Positions 49,013 to 54,926 of a DNA stretch of 54,926 bases are shown here, piece by piece. The notes beneath the pieces are model-generated. The model was given only the letters and a program-made list of their open reading frames with translations, was not told the origin of the DNA and did no database searches. Each line of letters begins with the position of its first letter. The first letter of the stretch is position 1. Source of the stretch: Prorocentrum cordatum (Eukaryota); assembly GCA_963575745.1 (NCBI GenBank), contig CAUYUJ010000200.1:62001-116926 (forward strand), in the 5' to 3' direction. A program made the translations under genes and the position numbers.

Positions 49013-49465
49013 TTACTGGTACCACGGCTGCTATTACTACAACTACTACTACTACTACTACTACTGCTACTACTATTATTCCTACCACCACCACTGCTAT
49101 TACTTTTTTGCTAAAACAACTACTACTACAACAACTACTACCACTACGACAACGACGACGACTACTACTACTACTACTACTCCTACTACTACTACTACCA
49201 TTATTACTACTACGACTACGACTACGACTACTACTACTACTACTACTACGACTAAGACAACTATTACTATTTCTACTAGTACTACTTCTACGACCACCAC
49301 TGCTACGATGACTGCTACAACTACGACTACTACTACTACTACTACTACTACTACGACTACTATCATTTTTCCTTCTTCTTCTACTACTACTATTGCCACC
49401 ACCACTACTATTGCGACGACTACGAACACCATTATATCTAGCATTACTACTACTACTACTACTAT

Positions 49466-49496
<31 letters not shown>

Positions 49497-49497
49497 G

Positions 49498-49540
<43 letters not shown>

Positions 49541-49769
49541 CACTACTACTGCGACTACTACTACTACTGTTATTACTGCGACTATTATTATTTTTTGAAC
49601 ACCAAGTACTACTATCATTAATATTATTACATTTGCTGCCACCAGTACTACTATTACTACTACTACTACTACCACTACGACGACGACGACGACTACTACT
49701 ACTACTACTACTACTGCTAGTACTACTACTAGTACTACTACCACTACAACGGCTACTACAACTGCTGTG

Positions 49770-49800
<31 letters not shown>

Positions 49801-50014
49801 ACTTACTACCATTACTATTGCTACAAGTATTATTACTATCACCGTTACTACGACTGCTAGTAGTCGTATCTTTCTCAGTATTAAGTTTACTGCTACGACT
49901 ACGGCTACACCTACTACTACTATTATTGAAATTGCTACTGTCACTACTACTACTACTACTACTACTACTACGAATACTAATACTAGTACCACTACTACTA
50001 CTACTACTACTACG

Positions 50015-50048
<34 letters not shown>

Positions 50049-50241
50049 GTGCTAGTGCTACTACTACTAGTACTACCAGGGCTACTGTTAGCAGTCCTTC
50101 TACGACGGCCAGTACAACTACTACGACTACTGCTACTACTATGTTTCGTATTTCAAGTAGTGTCACTACCACCACTATGAATACTACTACGACTAGTTTT
50201 ATTTTTTTCGTTGCTTGATATTGCGTCTACTACTACTACCA

Positions 50242-50274
<33 letters not shown>

Positions 50275-50704
50275 TTACTACTACTACCACTACTACTACT
50301 ACTACCACTACTACGGCTACTACTACCACGACTACTACCACTACTACTGCTACTACTACTACTACTACTGCTATTACTACCACTACCACCTATACTACTA
50401 CTACTACTAATAATAATAATACTACTACGACCACTTCTACTATTACTGCTACTACGACTGCTACTTTTACTACTACTACTACTATTACTATTACTACCAC
50501 TGCTATTGCTACTGGTACGACTACCAGTGCCACTACCACTACCACTACTACTACCTAGTATTACCAGTACTACTACTACTACGACTACTACTACTACTAC
50601 TACTATTACTACTACTACCATTACTATTACTAGAATCGTTACTACTTTTACGTTTGCTATTTCGACTACTACGAGTTAGACTAAACATACTTTTACTACG
50701 AGTG

Positions 50705-50752
<48 letters not shown>

Positions 50753-51015
50753 ATACTAATACTAATACTACTATTAATACTACTACTACTATTACTATTA
50801 CTGCTACTACGACGGCTACTACTACCACTACTACCACTATTTTTCTTTATTTTTCTTACTACGATCACTAGTTCTGTTATTACTAAATCTGTTACTACTG
50901 ACCTACCTACTTACGTACGTACGTACGTGCGAACGTACGTACTTACCGAATTGGTTAAGTATTGCCTTGCGTACTCACTACTACTATTACTGCTACTGCT
51001 ATTGCTACTACTACT

Positions 51016-51055
<40 letters not shown>

Positions 51056-51056
51056 T

Positions 51057-51104
<48 letters not shown>

Positions 51105-51213
51105 AAGCACCACTGCTACGACTTCTACTATCATTGCTACTACTACTTCTACTACTCTTATTTCTACTACTACTACTACTACTACGACTACTACTACTAC
51201 TATTACTACTACG

Positions 51214-51247
<34 letters not shown>

Positions 51248-51271
51248 TTACTATTACTACTACTCCTACCA

Positions 51272-51325
<54 letters not shown>

Positions 51326-51542
51326 ATACGACTATTATTACTACGACTACTAATATTATGTTTCTATTTATTGCTACTACTACGACTACCAGAAATACAA
51401 CTACTACTACGACTACTACTATTATCACTACCACTATTACTACTACTACTACTACTACTACTATTACTACGACTACTACTTGTAGTAGTAGTAGTAGTAC
51501 TACTACTACTACTACTACTACTACTGCTAGCACTACTACTCG

Positions 51543-51581
<39 letters not shown>

Positions 51582-51629
51582 ATCTACTACTACTACTACG
51601 ACGACGACTACTACTACTACTACTACTAT

Positions 51630-51681
<52 letters not shown>
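48830..51681. repeat. ~2.85-kb degenerate (TAC)n microsatellite
   Basis: Read directly from the sequence; produces poly-T/Y/L/V ORFs. Confidence 0.95.
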
Positions 51682-51682
<1 letters not shown>

Positions 51683-51710
51683 GGGTCACGCCTGACCTAT
51701 GGCCAGTGAG

Positions 51711-51774
51711 GTTTGGGCTTGGGTTTGGGTTTGGGTTTGGGTTTGGGTTTGGGTTTGGGTTTGGGTTTGGGTTT
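51711..51774 (+). repeat. (TTTGGG)n telomere-like hexamer, about 10 copies
   Basis: Read directly from the sequence. Confidence 0.9.
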
Positions 51775-51808
51775 CTTTGTTTTCTATTGGAACTCAATTG
51801 TTGTAGTT

Positions 51809-53765
51809 CCCAACCATCCTGTGGTGTTGGGTCTTCGTTTTGAAGAGACGGTGCCCCGCGTTCCTCTCCTTCCTCCTCTCCTCCCTCCTCCCCCTCCTTG
51901 CCTCTGCTCTCGGCACACCTCTCACGCGTTTCGTAGCCCCATGGGAGGTCCACCGAAGGCCCCAGTGGGGGTGTTCGCATGCGGTTCCCCCACCCAGGGC
52001 AGCGTTTCGTGGCCCCATAGGGAGCTCCACCGAAGGCCCCAGTGGGGGTGTTCGCATGCGGTTCCCCCACCCAGGGCAGCGTTTCGTGGCCCCATAGGGA
52101 GCTCCACCGAAGGCCCCAGTGGGGGTGTTCGCATGCGGTTCCCCCACCCAGGGCAGCGTTTCGTGGCCCCATAGGGAGCTCCACCGAAGGCCCCAGTGGG
52201 GGTGCCCGCATGCGGTTCCCCCACCCAGGGCAGCGTTTCGTAGCCCCATAGGGAGCTCCACCGAAGGCCCCAGTGGGGGTGTTCGCATGCGGTTCCCCCA
52301 CCCAGGGCAGCGTTTCGTGGCCCCATAGGGAGCTCCACCGAAGGCCCCAGTGGGGGTGTTCGCCCCCATGCGGCCCCATAGGGAGCTCCACCCCCCAGTG
52401 GGGGTGTTCGCCACCCAGGGCAGCGTTTCGTAGCCCCATAGGGAGCTCCACCGAAGGCCCCAGTGGGGGTGTTCGCATGCGGTTCCCCCACCCAGGGCAG
52501 CGTTTCGTGGCCCCATAGGGAGCTCCACCGAAGGCCCCAGTGGGGGTGTTCGCATGCGGTTCCCCCACCCAGGGCAGCGTTTCGTGGCCCCATAGGGAGC
52601 TCCACCGAAGGCCCCAGTGGGGGTGTTCGCATGCGGTTCCCCCACCCAGGGCAGCGTTTCGTGGCCCCATAGGGAGCTCCACCGAAGGCCCCAGTGGGGG
52701 TGTTCGCATGCGGTTCCCCCACCCAGGGCAGCGTTTCTTTGCGTTTTTCGTGGCCCCAGCTAGGGAGCTCCACCGAAGGCCCCAGTGGGGGTGTTCGCAT
52801 GCGGTTCCCCCACCCAGGGCAGCGTTTCGTGGCCCCATAGGGAGCTCCACCGAAGGCCCCAGTGGGGGGGTTCGCATGCGGTTCCCCCACCCAGGGCAGC
52901 GTTTCGTAGCCCCATAGGGAGCTCCACCGAAGGCCCCAGTGGGGGTGTTCGCATGCGGTTCCCCCCCCCAGGGCAGCGTTTCGTGGCCCCATAGGGAGCT
53001 CCACCGAAGGCCCCAGTGGGGGTGTTCGCATGCGGTTCCCCCACCCAGGGCAGCGTTTCGTAGCCCCATAGGGAGCTCCACCGAAGGCCCCAGTGGGGGT
53101 GTTCGCATGCGGTTCCCCCACCCAGGGCAGCGTTTCGTGGCCCCATAGGGAGCTCCACCGAAGGCCCCAGTGGGGGTGTTCGCATGCGGTTCCCCCACCC
53201 AGGGCAGCGTTTCGTGGCCCCATAGGGAGCTCCACCGAAGGCCCCAGTGGGGGTGTTCGCATGCGGTTTCCCCACCCAGGGCAGCGTTTCGTAGCCCCAT
53301 AGGGAGCTCCACCGAAGGCCCCAGTGGGGGTGTTCGCATGCGGTTCCCCCACCCAGGGCAGCGTTTCGTGGCCCCATAGGGAGCTCCACCGGAGGCCCCA
53401 GTGGCTGCTCTCGCATGCGGTTCCCCCACCCAGGGCAGCGCTTCGTGGCCCCATGGGGAGCTCCACCGAAAGCCCCCGTGGCGCAGTTCGCATGCGCTTC
53501 CCCCACCCAGGGCAGCGTTTCGTGGCACCATAGGGAGCTCCACCGAAGGCCCCAGTGGCGCAGTTCGCATGCGGTTCCCCCACCCAGGGCAGCGTTTCGT
53601 AGCCCCATAGGGAGCTCCACCGAAGCCCGCCCCGGTGGCGCAGTCCGCATGCGGTTCCCCCATCCAAGGCAGCGCTTCGTGGCCCCATATGGAGCCCCAC
53701 CGAAAGCGGCACCCACAACGCGTTACCAACAATTGCTTATGGTTGGGTCTTTCGCCAGGATAATT
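51809..53765 (+). mobile_element. Family-A element, copy 2, with a 77-bp array (~23 units)
   Basis: Same ~55-bp head; tail ATGGTTGGG (53739-53747) + 13 nt + TAATT; sits within an AT-rich ~30-bp repeat. Confidence 0.78.
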
Positions 53766-53965
53766 AGTTTTTTATTGAAAATCCATGGTTTGACTTTGTT
53801 TTCTATTGAACACCTATGGTTTTCATTAGTTTTCTATTTGGAACCAATGGTTTTAATGAGTTTTGTATTGGAAACCAATGGTTTTTGCTGGTAACCAATG
53901 ATTGTATTCGATTTCTAATGGAAATCAATGGTTCTAATTCTTTTTCGATTGGAAAAACGTTTGTT

Positions 53966-54926
53966 CCCAACCATCCTGTGGTGTTGGGTCCTCGTTTTGA
54001 AGAGACGGTGCCCCGCGTCTCCTCTCCTTCCTTCCTTCCCCCTCCTCCCCCTCCCCCTCCGCGTCAGCCACACCCACTTCGGCACACCCCTCACACGCTT
54101 CGTGGCCCCATAGGGAGCTCCACCGAGGGCTCCAGTGGCTGCGTTCGCATGGCGGCACCGCGCCCATTTCGGCACACCCCTCACACGTTTCGTGGCCCCA
54201 TAGGGAGGTCCACCGAGGGCCCCACTGGCTGCGTTCGCATGGCGGCACCGCACCCATTTCGGCACACCCCTCACACGCTTCGTGGCCCCATGGGGAGCTC
54301 CACGGAAGGCCCCAGTGGCTGCGTTCGCATGGCGGCACCGCACACATTTCGGCACACCCCTCACACGTTTCGTTGCCCCTGAGGGAGCTCCACCGAAGGC
54401 GCCAGTGGCTGCGTTCGCATGGCGGCACCGCGCCCATTTCGGCACACCTCTCATACGCTTCGTGGTCCCATAGGGAGCTCCACCGAAGGCCCCAGTGGCT
54501 GCGTTCGCATGGCGGCACCGCACCCATTTCGGCATACCCCTCACACGCTTCGTGGCCCCATAGGGAGCTCCACCGAGGGCCCCAGTGGCTGCGTTCGCAT
54601 GGCGGCACCGCACCCATTTCGGCACATCCCTCACACGTTTCGTGGGCCCATAGGAAGCTCTACCGAAGGCCCCAGTGGCTGCGTTCGCATGGCGGCACCG
54701 CACCCATTTCGGCACACCCTTCACACGCTTCGTGGCCTCATAGGGAGCTCCACGGAAGGCCCCAGTGGCTGCGTTCGCATGGCGGCACCGCACACATTTC
54801 GGCACACCCCTCACACGTTTCTTGGCCCCATAGGAAGCTCTACCGAAGGCCCCAGTGGCTGCGTTCGCATGGCGGCACCGCGCCCATGTCGGCACACCCC
54901 TCACACGTTTCGTGGCCCTTGAAGGA
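53966..54926 (+). mobile_element. Family-A element, copy 3, with a different 90-bp array (runs off the window)
   Basis: Same head; units at 54096, 54186 ... 54906. Confidence 0.75.

Noticed and set aside
51711..51774. True telomere or chromosome end
   Set aside because: Short, internal, and not TTTAGGG
50955..53732. 925-aa ORF and other long ORFs over the 77/90-bp arrays and (TAC)n
   Set aside because: Open frames arise from stop-free tandem repeats; no domain motifs
47341..54926. CRISPR array
   Set aside because: The segments between cores are repeated within each array rather than unique, there are no cas genes, and the context is eukaryotic
1..54926. tRNA, rRNA or SL RNA genes, or an autonomous Rep/helicase gene
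   Set aside because: None recognised by eye; short exons of an intron-rich host gene could still be hidden and would need RNA-seq to exclude

Overview
Repeat-dense eukaryotic genomic DNA, most likely from a dinoflagellate (inferred from dinoflagellate spliced-leader-like 22-mers, the style of the non-LTR retroelements and the GC-rich, microsatellite-rich background). I can support only one intact host gene: an intronless 819-codon ORF (20090-22549, +) fusing an N-terminal PITH domain to an M14D/Nna1-type cytosolic carboxypeptidase. There are two decayed non-LTR retrotransposons on the + strand. LINE-A (~24900-32761) has a zinc-finger/coiled-coil ORF1 and APE, RT, Zn-knuckle and RNase H motifs. 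LINE-B (39295-~45750) begins exactly with a 19/22 match to the DinoSL and is split by a later insertion. Much of the remaining low-complexity DNA is structured. At least four families of non-coding elements share one end design: a T-flanked hairpin head, microsatellite and/or tandem-repeat cargo, and an inverted copy of the head set just inside the far end. This resembles Helentron/HINE (DINE-1-like) elements, and each family carries its own satellite (77, 89 or 90 bp, or CCAAGA repeats). Helitron-like CTAG ends, MITE-like foldbacks and long microsatellites are also present. Nearly all other ORFs in the supplied track are low-complexity artefacts. All domain calls come from recognising motifs by eye; no searches were run, and boundaries are approximate unless tied to a quoted motif.
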